DNA of 64,000 nucleotides from Alphaproteobacteria bacterium (GCA_028708035.1 JAQVZU010000002.1:300-64299); one strand, 5' to 3'. Positions 9,777 to 19,938 are shown, counted from the stretch's first letter. Notes: a model not told the origin generated them from the letters alone. A program made the numbers and translations.

Positions 9777-10673
9777 ATGTGCGCAACCGATAAATCAACA
9801 ACTCCCCTTGCGCCTTCCGAAACACCGCGAAGCCTATGGCTTAGGCTTTGGCAAAAGGTCATCCATTTTATAAGTCCTCGGGCCGATGCGGAATCCCTGC
9901 GCGAAATGGTGGAGGAGCTTGTCGAAGATCCTCTTTCGGCATCTGGGCTGACGTCCGCTGAGCGGATGCTGCTTACAAATATTATCAAATTGCGTGAACG
10001 CAAAGTTATCGACTGTATGGTTCCGCGCGCCGATATTGTCGCGCTGGACGCAAGCGCTTCTCTCAAAGAGCTTGCCGAAGAGATGTCGAATAACGGGTAT
10101 AGCCGAATCCCTATTTATAGAGGCACGCTTGACGACGTGATCGGCATGGTGCACGTCAAGGATATAGTGCCGTTTCTCGCTCAGCAAAAACCTTGTGTCA
10201 TCCCGGATATTCTGCGGCCCGTTATGTATGTCGCACCGTCGATGCCTGCGTCTCGACTTTTGCTGCAAATGAGGCAGACGAGGCAGCATATGGCGGTTGT
10301 TATTGATGAATTTGGCGGCGTTGACGGGCTAGTGACCATTGAAGACCTCGTCGAAGAAATCGTCGGCGAAATCGAAGACGAACACGATATTCCGCCACCG
10401 CCGCCTGTTATTGCGCGCCCCGATGGAACCTTGCTTGCCGATGCGCGACTCGGCATTGAAGCGTTTGAGACACAGACGAAAATTTCTCTGCCGCGAGTCG
10501 ACGCCGAAGACGTGGATACACTTGGCGGCTATGTATCTCATTTGGCTGGAAAAGTACCTCAGGTCGGGGAGATCATCCAAGGACCAGGCGTTTCCTTCGA
10601 GGTCATTGAGATGGAACAAAGCAGGGTCAATCGTATTCGCATTCGCACGGTCCGGCGAATCCCCGAAAAGTAA
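9777..10673 (+). CDS. corC: CBS-domain Mg/Co efflux protein (CorC/TlyC family) with CorC_HlyC C-domain
   Basis: 298-aa protein with tandem CBS domains (MVPRADIVALDASASL..., IGMVHVKDIV) and a C-terminal transporter-associated domain. Confidence 0.8.
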   Translation: MCATDKSTTPLAPSETPRSLWLRLWQKVIHFISPRADAESLREMVEELVEDPLSASGLTSAERMLLTNIIKLRERKVIDCMVPRADIVALDASASLKELAEEMSNNGYSRIPIYRGTLDDVIGMVHVKDIVPFLAQQKPCVIPDILRPVMYVAPSMPASRLLLQMRQTRQHMAVVIDEFGGVDGLVTIEDLVEEIVGEIEDEHDIPPPPPVIARPDGTLLADARLGIEAFETQTKISLPRVDAEDVDTLGGYVSHLAGKVPQVGEIIQGPGVSFEVIEMEQSRVNRIRIRTVRRIPEK

Positions 10674-10838
10674 AAGTAAGTAATTATTAGGGACAAGAAA
10701 CGGGATAATCAGGCGAATATTGATTTGATTAAGCAATTTTTAAGAAGTATCGTTTAAATTGCCAAGCGACGCTCGGCCTCGACTATTATAGACTCGCGTC
10801 CTCTTTTCTATTCTCAACACCTCAAGGAGACGGCAAAA

Positions 10839-11468
10839 ATGTTTTCAAAAAACAAACCCTCGCAAGCGAGGAAGGGTTTTACCCTCACTGAAATTGCGAT
10901 CGTTCTTGGTATTATGGGGCTGATCCTGGGCGCCATTTGGACTGCGGCTTCAAGCGTTTACGCCAATCAACGTACAGCGCACGCACAAACGGCAATACTG
11001 CAAATTGCTCAGGGCGTCAGGACACTTTACACTTCACAGGGGGGCACGGGATACACAGCTTTAACGGATATTACGGTAAATCTGAATTCAGCAGGCGTAA
11101 TTCCAAGCGATCTTAACGGCGGAGCGACTGGACCCTTTCCCAATGGACGTTCGGGTATTATTGCAACAAGCGATGGGAACGGGTTCGTTGTCGTGGTAAC
11201 TGGTGTTCCTCAATCGAACTGCATTAACTTGATTGCAGGCATTGCGGGCGCAAACCGTGATCCCGGTCTGTTTTCAGCATCTGCCGTGGCTGATGCAGCC
11301 ATTGGTACTGGTGATGCAGGGACTGGGGCAACGTTCGCGCCCTTACAGGATGAAGTTTCACCGACAGAGGCTGCGGCAGCCACGGTAAACGATGGCAATG
11401 GCGCTCCTATCGGCGGTTGCAATCGTACCACACTCAGCAAAGTTCGGTTTGGCTTCTCGATTAAGTAA
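10839..11468 (+). CDS. Type IV pilin / pseudopilin (prepilin-type N-terminal cleavage/methylation domain)
   Basis: N-terminus MFSKNKPSQARKG|FTLTEIAIVLGIMGLILGAIW has the class III signal G/FTLxE followed by a hydrophobic helix. A Cys pair (C128...C195) could form a D-region. Confidence 0.7.
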   Translation: MFSKNKPSQARKGFTLTEIAIVLGIMGLILGAIWTAASSVYANQRTAHAQTAILQIAQGVRTLYTSQGGTGYTALTDITVNLNSAGVIPSDLNGGATGPFPNGRSGIIATSDGNGFVVVVTGVPQSNCINLIAGIAGANRDPGLFSASAVADAAIGTGDAGTGATFAPLQDEVSPTEAAAATVNDGNGAPIGGCNRTTLSKVRFGFSIK

Positions 11469-11491
11469 TTCGAGATATTTCTAGAAGAAAA

Positions 11492-11522
11492 GCGGGAGGC
11501 TTCGGCTTCCCGCTTTTTCTTT
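11492..11522 (+). terminator. Intrinsic terminator after the pilin gene
   Basis: GCGGGAGGC-TTCG-GCTTCCCGC hairpin followed by TTTTTCTTT. Confidence 0.7.
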
Positions 11523-11575
11523 ATGCGGGAGCATGCTACACGAGCTACACGTTTCTCCTGTATATATTCAATGTC

Positions 11576-13111
11576 ATGGTTGCTCGCGTTACGACAGTTG
11601 CCTTTGAAGGCACAAATGTTCTCGATATCGACGTTCAGGTTCAGATGTCCTCGGGAATGCCTCGGTTTAATCTCGTAGGCCTGCCCGACAAAGCCGTCGC
11701 CGAAAGCCGGGAGCGCGTTCGAGCGGCGCTGTTCGCCCTCGGCCTCTCTCTTCCTGCCAAACACATCGCGGTAAACCTTGCCCCTGCGGACGTTCTTAAA
11801 GAGGGCTCGCATTTCGATCTGCCGATAGCTCTTGGTTTGCTCGCGGCAATGGGCGTCGTTCCGCTTGAAGAGATTTCGGGTTATACGGCACTTGGAGAGC
11901 TTGCGTTAGATGGAGCTTTGTCTCCTGTCGCTGGAGTTCTTCCCGCGGCTGTAAACGCAAATGCTGCAGGGCGGGGATTAATATGCCCCGCAAAAAACGG
12001 CGGAGAAGCCGTCTGGGCCGGGGAAGCCCTTCAAGTCCTTGCCGCGCCTTCGCTCCTTGCGCTGATTAATCATTTTAAAGGCACGCAAGTGCTTGGCAGG
12101 CCCGAACCGCACATGCAGACGGATGATGGCACCATCGCCGATTTGCGCGATATTAAAGGGCAGGAAACGGCGAAGCGCGCGCTTGAAGTCGCTGCAGCGG
12201 GCGGTCACAACATGCTGATGATCGGGCCTCCGGGCGCGGGAAAAAGCATGTTGGCAGCGCGGCTCCCAGGAATTCTTCCTCCGCTTGCGCCGGACGAGGC
12301 GCTTGAAGTCTCGATGATTCATTCTCTTGCAGGACTGCTCGACGAAGGAAAGCTCAAGAGGCGCAGGCCGTTTCGGGACCCGCATCATTCCGCTTCGCTT
12401 CCATCCCTTATCGGCGGGGGACTGAAGGCAAAGCCGGGAGAAATTTCATTGGCGCACAACGGCGTCCTTTTCCTTGACGAATTGCCTGAATTTCAGCGGG
12501 GCACGCTAGAGGCGCTTCGGCAGCCTCTTGAAACCGGACGGGCCGTTGTCTCGCGCGCAAACCATCATGTTACCTACCCCGCACGTGTGCAATTCATAGC
12601 CGCAATGAACCCCTGCCGTTGTGGGCACATGGACGATCCTTCGCGCGCGTGTGGGCGAGCGCCCAAATGCGCGGCGGATTATCAATCCAGAATTTCCGGG
12701 CCTCTGTTCGACCGCATCGATCTTCACATCGACGTTCCGGCAGTCACGGCGGCTGACCTTAGCCTCCCTCCGGCGTCCGAAGGCTCGGCTATCGTTGCCG
12801 CGCGGGTTTACGCAGCGCGAGAAGTTCAAGCGGCCCGGTTCAAGGCCCTTGCAAACGACAACCCCCATGCGGCGGTTATTCGCACGAATGCCGAAGCGGA
12901 CGGCGAGCTTCTTGAACGCATTGCCGCGCCTGATCAAGAAGGCCGGGAACTTCTGACCCGCGCCGCCGATCAACTGAAGCTTTCCGCGCGCGGTTATCAC
13001 CGGGTTCTGCGAGTTGCACGAACTTTGGCCGACCTCGGGGGGCAAGAAGGGGTTAATCGGCTGCATATTGGCGAAGCGCTTAGTTACCGGCGGCTTAGCT
13101 TCGGGCGATAG
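11576..13111 (+). CDS. comM: YifB/ComM-family Mg-chelatase-like AAA+ ATPase
   Basis: 511-aa protein with an N-terminal Lon-protease-like/ChlI region, Walker A IGPPGAGKSM and C-terminal Mg_chelatase_C. Confidence 0.85.
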   Translation: MVARVTTVAFEGTNVLDIDVQVQMSSGMPRFNLVGLPDKAVAESRERVRAALFALGLSLPAKHIAVNLAPADVLKEGSHFDLPIALGLLAAMGVVPLEEISGYTALGELALDGALSPVAGVLPAAVNANAAGRGLICPAKNGGEAVWAGEALQVLAAPSLLALINHFKGTQVLGRPEPHMQTDDGTIADLRDIKGQETAKRALEVAAAGGHNMLMIGPPGAGKSMLAARLPGILPPLAPDEALEVSMIHSLAGLLDEGKLKRRRPFRDPHHSASLPSLIGGGLKAKPGEISLAHNGVLFLDELPEFQRGTLEALRQPLETGRAVVSRANHHVTYPARVQFIAAMNPCRCGHMDDPSRACGRAPKCAADYQSRISGPLFDRIDLHIDVPAVTAADLSLPPASEGSAIVAARVYAAREVQAARFKALANDNPHAAVIRTNAEADGELLERIAAPDQEGRELLTRAADQLKLSARGYHRVLRVARTLADLGGQEGVNRLHIGEALSYRRLSFGR

Positions 13112-13203
13112 GTTCTTCAACAAATTCTGTGTCTTTTCATCCTCTTGCACCAAGGCGGGCCTGAGGGGTATAAATGGACGGCCCCTGTTTTTGGAGAAAT
13201 TCG

Positions 13204-13659
13204 ATGTTACGCACGCAAATAAACGATGCGATGAAAGACGCACTTCGCGCGAAGGACGAGCGCACTTTGGGCACAACCCGCCTTATTATTTCGAAAATGC
13301 GCGATCTCGATATCGCCGCCCGGGCAAAGGGAAACAAAGAGGGGATCGGCGACGATGAGATCCTTTCAATGCTTCAGAGCATGGTCAAACAGCGCCGCGA
13401 GTCGATTGTAATGTACGAAAAAGGAAACCGCGCCGATCTGGTCAAGCAGGAAAGCGAAGAAATTGCGGTGATCGAGCGCTTTATGCCGAAGCAGATGGAT
13501 GAAGCCGCAATCAAAGAAGCGGTCGAAAAAGCGATCACGGCGACCGGCGCGTCGAGCGTCAAGGACATCGGCAAAGTCATGGGCGAGCTTAAGAAGGCTT
13601 ACGCCGGACAGATGGACTTCTCGCTTGCGGGGTCGTTGGTCAAAAAGCGGCTTGGCTAG
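13204..13659 (+). CDS. yqeY: GatB/YqeY domain protein
   Basis: Typical YqeY N-terminus MLRTQINDAMKDALRAKDE. It lies immediately upstream of dnaG. Confidence 0.8.
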   Translation: MLRTQINDAMKDALRAKDERTLGTTRLIISKMRDLDIAARAKGNKEGIGDDEILSMLQSMVKQRRESIVMYEKGNRADLVKQESEEIAVIERFMPKQMDEAAIKEAVEKAITATGASSVKDIGKVMGELKKAYAGQMDFSLAGSLVKKRLG

Positions 13660-15458
13660 TGTCTTTCCTTCCTTCTTTTCTTGAAGAAATACGCAACCGC
13701 TTGCCTCTTTCGGGCATTGTCGGCGCGCGAATCCGCATGGTTCGGGCAGGGCGCGAATTCAAAGGATGCTGTCCCTTTCATAACGAAAAGACTCCCAGTT
13801 TTTACGTTAATGACGACAAGCAGTTTTTCCATTGCTTCGGATGCGGCGCACATGGGGACGTTATCGGATTTCTGATGCGGTATGAGCATCAAAGCTTCCC
13901 CGAGGCGGTCGAGACCCTTGCGGCTCAGGCGGGTCTTCAGGTGCCGCGTGACACGCCGGTCGAGCGCGAGAAGTTTGACGCCGAAAAGCGGCTTTATCTG
14001 CTGCTTGAAAAGGCGACCGCGTGGTTCGAGGAGCAGCTATTTTTGCCCGCAGGCAAAGAAGGACTGGCTTATTTGCAGAGCCGTGGGCTTGCCGACGAAG
14101 CAATCCGGCGGTTTCGGCTGGGCTATGCGCCGAACGATGGGCAGTCGCTTATTCGCGCGATGTGCCGCGACGGAACCGATTTCAAGCCACAGGATCTTGT
14201 AACAGTCGGGCTCGCCAAAAAGGCGGAGGACCGGGGAGAACACTACAGTTTTTTTCGGCACCGCGTGATTTTCCCGGTGGGAGACAGGCGCGGGCGAACG
14301 GTGGCTTTCGGTGGCCGAGTGCTCGGCGACGGCGAGCCCAAATATCTTAATTCGCCAGACCATGCGCTGTTCCACAAAGGGCATTTGCTTTACGGTCTTT
14401 CGCGCGCGCGGACGGCCTTGTCGCAGGGCCAGCCCATCGTTGTCGTCGAAGGCTATATGGATGTCATCGCCCTTGTTGAAGCGGGGTACAGCGGAGCGGT
14501 CGCGCCGCTTGGTACGGCATTAACGGAAGATCAGATGCAGGTCCTGTGGAAGCTTGCGCCCCCGCTCGAAAGCCGCGACGCATCACGGGACTATAGTCCC
14601 ATTCTTTGTTTCGACGGAGACAATGCGGGTTTGCGTGCAGCTGCGCGTGCAGTGGATCGGGCACTGCCGTTAATTTCATCGGCTCAAACATTGCGCATCG
14701 CAACCATCACAGGGGCAAAAGACCCAGACGAGCTGATCCGTAAATCGGGCAAAGCGGCATTTGATGGGATTCTTAAGCAAGCGCTGCCGATGATCGACAT
14801 GCTCTGGAATCTTTCATTGGCCAGACGGCAGATCCGCACGCCCGAGGAACGAGGGGCTTTTACGGCAATGTTGAGACAGCGCGTCAACCAGATCAAAGAC
14901 GAGCCATTGCGTGAACTTTACAAAAACGAACTCAAGAAGCGAATAGATGAAAATTTTGGCTGGAAGCCCTCGGCAGAATTGAGAAGAGGCCGGAACGCTG
15001 ATGCGATGCAGAAGCCCTATATGGGCTCCAGGCGGCCTCCGCAGGATCGCCATCGGGCCAGAGAGAAAATTCTCCTCGCATTGATGGTCAATCACCCGGA
15101 ATTATTTAACGAGTTTGGCGAAAACTTTGCATTAGTGGATTTTTATACACCTGCTTTTGAAGCGCTCAGGCAAAAAATAGTCGATCTCCTTTCTCAAGGT
15201 TATGAGGAAAAGCCTACCCTGTCAGAGCTTCGGCGAGCGCTTGCGGCTTCGGATGATCCATTCGCGTATGATGGAAGTCGAGGGGTTCTTGACGAAGTTC
15301 TTTCGTCTTCAACCTATATGGGCGCCGGAAAAGCCGCACACCCCGACGCCTTGCTTGATGACGCTCGCGAAGCATGGAAAGCGATTTGGGCTTCTATTGA
15401 AGAAGAAAAAGTCGAGGCCGAGAGACTTCAACGCACGAAAGATGTGTTGGCTAATTAA
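13659..15458 (+). CDS. dnaG: DNA primase
   Basis: Zinc ribbon CPFHNEKTPSF...CFGCGAHGDVIGF and TOPRIM motifs (VVVEGYMDV, DGDNAG) are present. Confidence 0.9.
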   Translation: MSFLPSFLEEIRNRLPLSGIVGARIRMVRAGREFKGCCPFHNEKTPSFYVNDDKQFFHCFGCGAHGDVIGFLMRYEHQSFPEAVETLAAQAGLQVPRDTPVEREKFDAEKRLYLLLEKATAWFEEQLFLPAGKEGLAYLQSRGLADEAIRRFRLGYAPNDGQSLIRAMCRDGTDFKPQDLVTVGLAKKAEDRGEHYSFFRHRVIFPVGDRRGRTVAFGGRVLGDGEPKYLNSPDHALFHKGHLLYGLSRARTALSQGQPIVVVEGYMDVIALVEAGYSGAVAPLGTALTEDQMQVLWKLAPPLESRDASRDYSPILCFDGDNAGLRAAARAVDRALPLISSAQTLRIATITGAKDPDELIRKSGKAAFDGILKQALPMIDMLWNLSLARRQIRTPEERGAFTAMLRQRVNQIKDEPLRELYKNELKKRIDENFGWKPSAELRRGRNADAMQKPYMGSRRPPQDRHRAREKILLALMVNHPELFNEFGENFALVDFYTPAFEALRQKIVDLLSQGYEEKPTLSELRRALAASDDPFAYDGSRGVLDEVLSSSTYMGAGKAAHPDALLDDAREAWKAIWASIEEEKVEAERLQRTKDVLAN

Positions 15459-15710
15459 CCGGAAGCCAGTATGAAGATTAAAATGCTTTCACGCAGCAAA
15501 AATGCTGAAAAATCTGCATTTGCATCTTCTTGACCTTCGGAGGCTTCATAGCGTACGCTAAGACCATGTTTTGCAGTGACACAATCTCCTTCTTGCCTCA
15601 CAAGCTCGTCCTCGGGCTGACGCTGCTCCTGCGCGGCTAGCGCGCACATAGACATTCCTCAATTCACATGACAGATCCCATGCCGCCAAAACTAGGCGGC
15701 AAGAAGCACA

Positions 15711-17387
15711 TTGAAAGCACATATCATGAAGATCAATCCGTCCAAGAAATACCGTCCGTTTTCCCCCATAGACCTTCCGTCGCGCCAATGGCCTTCGCGC
15801 ACGCTTGTTAAAGCGCCCATCTGGTGCGCCGTCGATCTGCGCGACGGCAATCAGGCCTTGATTGATCCGATGGATTCTGCCCGGAAACACATGTTTTTCG
15901 ACATGTTGGTCAAGTGCGGATTCAAGGAAATAGAGATTGCATTTCCGTCGGCTTCGCAGACGGATTTTGATTTCACGCGCGAGCTGATCGAACGAGGCAA
16001 GGCAAAGAACGTCGTGTTGCAGGTTTTGACCCAAGCTCGTGAAGAATTGATTGACCGGACTTTTGAGGCGCTTTCAGGCGCGCCGCAGGCCATTATGCAC
16101 TTGTACAATTCGACATCGCCCGTTCAGCGCCGCGTCGTGTTCCAAAAAGAGCCTCATGAAATCGTTGCTCTTGCTGTACAGGGGGCAAAGCAAGTCCTGG
16201 AGCGCGTTAAACAGCATCCGGAAACAAAATGGATGCTCGAGTACTCTCCGGAAAGTTTCACCGGAACCGAGCTTGATTTTGCGCTTGAGATCACCGAAGC
16301 GGTGCTTAACGTATGGCAGCCGACTCCCGACAACAAAGTCATTGTCAATCTTCCGGCCACCGTCGAAATGTCAACGCCGAATGTTTATGCGGATCAGATC
16401 GAATATTTTTCCAACAAGGTTCGGGGACGCGAGAACATAATTCTCAGCGTGCACCCCCACAACGACCGGGGAACGGCGGTAGCCGCTTCCGAACTGGCGC
16501 TGATGGCAGGAGCCGAACGGCTTGAAGGAACTCTTTTTGGCAATGGAGAGCGAACGGGAAACGCGGATCTTGTGACCGTCGCGCTTAATCTTTTTTCGCA
16601 AGGAATTGATCCGGGGCTGGATTTCTCGAATATTCGCGAGATCGTCAAAGTGGTAGAGAATTGCAACCAGATCCCGGTACACATCAGGCATCCTTATGCG
16701 GGGGATCTTGTGTTTACCGCATTTTCAGGCTCGCATCAGGATGCCATCCGAAAAGGGCTTCGGGCGCGCAAGGACAACGAGGCTTGGGAGGTTCCTTATC
16801 TTCCCATTGACCCCGCCGATGTCGGGCGGGCGTACGAACCCATTATTCGCATTAACAGCCAATCGGGCAAGGGCGGCGTGGCATTTATTCTTGAACAAGA
16901 TCATGGGTTTGCCTTGCCCAAAAAGATGCAGGCCGAGTTCAGCCATGTCGTGCAGAAAATCACGGACAAAACAAAGCAGGCAATTAGTTCGCAGCAAGTG
17001 CTTGAGGCTTTCCTTGACGAGTATGTCCGGTGTATCGAGCCGTTCGCATTCATCGGCTATCAGGAAAAACCAGTGGGCGAGCAATGCTGCGGTTCCTTTA
17101 AGCTCCAGAAAACGGGGAAACCTTTGGCGTTTGAGGCCGCAGGTAACGGATTGCTTGACGCATTGACGAAAGGGCTCTCTGCACACTTGGGCTTTCCGCT
17201 TGATATTCTCTCATACACCGAACATGCCGCCACAGTGGGGTCAACCTCCAACGCTATCGCTTATGTCGAAACAGGCAGCGCGCTGTGGGAGTCCTCATTC
17301 GGGATTGGGATCGATTCGAATTTTGTCGTTGCGTCGATGAAAGCGATTTTGAACTCTTTGAACAGGGGGCTACGCGATCGTTCTTAG
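15711..17387 (+). CDS. leuA: 2-isopropylmalate synthase (long LeuA type)
   Basis: 558-aa protein with the typical long-form N-terminus KYRPFSPIDLPSRQWP...CAVDLRDGNQAL, an HxH metal site (SVHPHNDRG) and a C-terminal LeuA dimerisation/regulatory domain. Confidence 0.85.
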   Translation: MKAHIMKINPSKKYRPFSPIDLPSRQWPSRTLVKAPIWCAVDLRDGNQALIDPMDSARKHMFFDMLVKCGFKEIEIAFPSASQTDFDFTRELIERGKAKNVVLQVLTQAREELIDRTFEALSGAPQAIMHLYNSTSPVQRRVVFQKEPHEIVALAVQGAKQVLERVKQHPETKWMLEYSPESFTGTELDFALEITEAVLNVWQPTPDNKVIVNLPATVEMSTPNVYADQIEYFSNKVRGRENIILSVHPHNDRGTAVAASELALMAGAERLEGTLFGNGERTGNADLVTVALNLFSQGIDPGLDFSNIREIVKVVENCNQIPVHIRHPYAGDLVFTAFSGSHQDAIRKGLRARKDNEAWEVPYLPIDPADVGRAYEPIIRINSQSGKGGVAFILEQDHGFALPKKMQAEFSHVVQKITDKTKQAISSQQVLEAFLDEYVRCIEPFAFIGYQEKPVGEQCCGSFKLQKTGKPLAFEAAGNGLLDALTKGLSAHLGFPLDILSYTEHAATVGSTSNAIAYVETGSALWESSFGIGIDSNFVVASMKAILNSLNRGLRDRS

Positions 17388-18034
17388 CTTACAAAATTTC
17401 CTGTGATGAAGTACCACCCGATTCCAACGGTGAAAATCCAACAGCCGTAAAGGGAATGCTCGATGACCGCCCATTTGAGCGAATGGTGCTGCTGATAGCT
17501 TTGCGCAAAGATGATGCCGCCAATAACGCACAAAACTGGCGCTATCCAATTGTTCAGGACGATGTGGCTAAAGCCAAAAAGGACGCCATTCATCAGAACG
17601 GCACGCGTTTTTTTGCCGATCAGGTTTCCATAGCGCGAGAAGTAAAAGCTTCGAAAAAAAATTTCTTGGGGGATAACGGAAAGAACCGGATAAAGCCCCA
17701 TTACTGCCAGCCAAACCGAAAACCGTTGTACTGGCATGCTCATGAAGCGTCCTGGCATGGCGATTACCGTCAAAATAGTTAAAAGACAGGCGAAAAATAG
17801 AAACCTCACCCACGCTGCGCGGCGCGCAGAATCCGTCCATCCTTCGCCGTGCCAGAGCTTGCGCAAGGAAAACCCCGGCATTTTCCGGAGCATAATAAAT
17901 GCATAAACGCTGCTTCCCCAGGCGGCCATATAGACTCCCGTTCTTGATCTTATTTCAAAGAGAAGAAACGGAAGGACGACAAATAAAATCGCAAACTCCA
18001 GAAGGAGCGAAAGCGGGCCGGTTTTCTTTTGCAC
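17384..18034 (-). CDS. CPBP-family intramembrane metalloprotease (CAAX protease/Abi-like)
   Basis: Polytopic membrane protein with CPBP motifs QEIFFR (EExxxR-like), FGFSH (FxxxH) and H...N. Its stop overlaps the leuA stop convergently. Confidence 0.6.
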   Translation of the reverse strand: MQKKTGPLSLLLEFAILFVVLPFLLFEIRSRTGVYMAAWGSSVYAFIMLRKMPGFSLRKLWHGEGWTDSARRAAWVRFLFFACLLTILTVIAMPGRFMSMPVQRFSVWLAVMGLYPVLSVIPQEIFFRSFYFSRYGNLIGKKTRAVLMNGVLFGFSHIVLNNWIAPVLCVIGGIIFAQSYQQHHSLKWAVIEHSLYGCWIFTVGIGWYFITGNFVS

Positions 18035-18231
18035 GGCGATCCCGGTTGGATTTGAGAATACTAAAATGATACCATATTTAGCCCTACACCGGGAGCGTGA
18101 AAGGCCGAAACATCCTGCGTTTTGGCATGCGCTTGCAGCAAGGCTATTTCCTGATCCCGCTTAAAGAGCTTGTTATGTCCGCAGCTTCCGCTAATAGTCA
18201 GACTGTCTCCGTGCTCAACTCCCGGTGTATT

Positions 18232-19938
18232 ATGGAATTTCAGCCAAGCGGACTTTTATCCACGCTCGTCATCAGCCTTTTAGCGGCATTTGCGGGAGGA
18301 TTAGCTACTCGCGTCGCCAAACTTACGCCGATGCTTGGATATCTTATCGCGGGAATTCTTATCGGGCCTGCAGCCACAGGGATTGTGGCCGATCAAAGCG
18401 TAGCTTCTGAATTGGCGGAAGTCGGGGTCGCCCTTCTTCTGTTTAACGTCGGTTTACATTTTTCGTTTCGCGATCTTATGGCTGTTCGACATATCGTTTT
18501 ACGCGGAGCGGTCATTCAGATGCTTCTCGGTGGCACATTGGGTTTTTGTGTTGCCTATTTCGTTTTTGGGATGGAGGCCGTCGCTTCCGTTGTCTTGGCG
18601 CTTTCAATTTCAGTGGCCAGCACGGCTATTTCGTCTCATGTGCTTGGAGAAAAGCAACAATTGACCTCCTTTGTGGGCCGCGTTGCCATTGGCTGGCTCG
18701 TCGTACAAGATATCGCGGTTGTTTTAGCGATGGTGATCCTGCCGTCTTTTGTCGGAAAAAACCTTGATCTTGGGGCGCTTTTTGCCAGTTCCGGAAAAAT
18801 GGTGCTCCAGATCGCGGGATTTGCGGCGGTCATGCTTTTTGGCGCACGCGAATACATACCGCGCATGCTCGGCTATGTGGCTCGCGTTGGTTCGCGAGAA
18901 CTGTTCACTCTGGCGGTCATCGTTATCGCGCTTGGCATCGCTTATGGGTCTGCTGTTTTCTTTGGAGTTTCCATCGCATTAGGTGCGTTCTTCGCGGGCG
19001 TCGTAATCGGAGAAACGGATTTGAACCATTATGCGGCGGCGGAAGCGCTGTCGATGCAACAAATTTTCTCCATTTTGTTTTTCGTGTCCGCGGGAATGCT
19101 GTTCGATCCGCAGAGCCTTTTTCGAATGCCGATTCAAATTGTTGTGTACTATGTGATCCTTGTGCTTGGAATGGGGTTTGTGACATTTGCAACGCTTGTC
19201 CTTATGCATGCGCCGCCGCAGTCTGCCGCGCTTGTCGGCGCGACTTTCTCACAAGTGGGAGAGTTTTCGTTCATTCTGAGCCAGATGGGGTACAATTGGG
19301 GCATTCTTACCCGCGCGGATAGCGATTTTATTGTCGCCGTCGCGCTTCTCAGCATCATTTTAAATCCGGCCATGTCGAGAATTTTCATCTGGCTGGGAAA
19401 GCTTTCGGAATCGTCAAAAATTTTCCTGCGCTGGCAAAAGAACGGAATGGGTTCAATGCCCGAAGCGTTGCAACCGATGACGGGGCATGTCATTCTTGTT
19501 GGACATGGTCGCGTAGGGCAACGCGTAGCTTATGCGCTCAACAAAAACAGCATTCCGTGCATCACCATAGAATCAGACCGGCGGCTCACGGAGAATCTTC
19601 ATCGCAACGGCATCCCGGTGATCTTTGGCGATGCCACGCGCGAGTTGGTTATGGCCGCAGCACATCCCGAGTCCGCAAAACTTCTTATTATCGCAACGCC
19701 TCAGGGAGGTCAGGTAAGGCAGACTATTACTCTGGCGAGGCATTTAAATCCCAACCTCAAGATCGTGGTTCGCGTGCATGAAGGAACCGAAGCGCGTCAA
19801 GTCGCGCGCATGGGCATCAAATGCGCCGTGTTCGCGGAGCGAGAAATCGCAGTCGGATTATCCGCTTTCGCGCTTCAGCATTATGAGGTTGATCCTAATG
19901 GCGTTCTTCAGACCCTAAAGGAACTGAGACAAGAGTAG
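18232..19938 (+). CDS. CPA2-family monovalent cation:H+ antiporter with C-terminal TrkA-N/RCK domain (YbaL/KefB-like)
   Basis: N-terminal Na_H exchanger domain (LGYLIAGILIGP...) and C-terminal Rossmann motif ILVGHGRVGQRVA. Start chosen at MEFQPSG. Confidence 0.8.
   Translation: MEFQPSGLLSTLVISLLAAFAGGLATRVAKLTPMLGYLIAGILIGPAATGIVADQSVASELAEVGVALLLFNVGLHFSFRDLMAVRHIVLRGAVIQMLLGGTLGFCVAYFVFGMEAVASVVLALSISVASTAISSHVLGEKQQLTSFVGRVAIGWLVVQDIAVVLAMVILPSFVGKNLDLGALFASSGKMVLQIAGFAAVMLFGAREYIPRMLGYVARVGSRELFTLAVIVIALGIAYGSAVFFGVSIALGAFFAGVVIGETDLNHYAAAEALSMQQIFSILFFVSAGMLFDPQSLFRMPIQIVVYYVILVLGMGFVTFATLVLMHAPPQSAALVGATFSQVGEFSFILSQMGYNWGILTRADSDFIVAVALLSIILNPAMSRIFIWLGKLSESSKIFLRWQKNGMGSMPEALQPMTGHVILVGHGRVGQRVAYALNKNSIPCITIESDRRLTENLHRNGIPVIFGDATRELVMAAAHPESAKLLIIATPQGGQVRQTITLARHLNPNLKIVVRVHEGTEARQVARMGIKCAVFAEREIAVGLSAFALQHYEVDPNGVLQTLKELRQE

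Noticed and set aside
11210-11812. 200-aa minus-strand ORF across the pilin 3' end, its terminator and the comM start
   Set aside because: It is antisense to two confident genes and crosses an intrinsic terminator. There is no SD or conserved motif.
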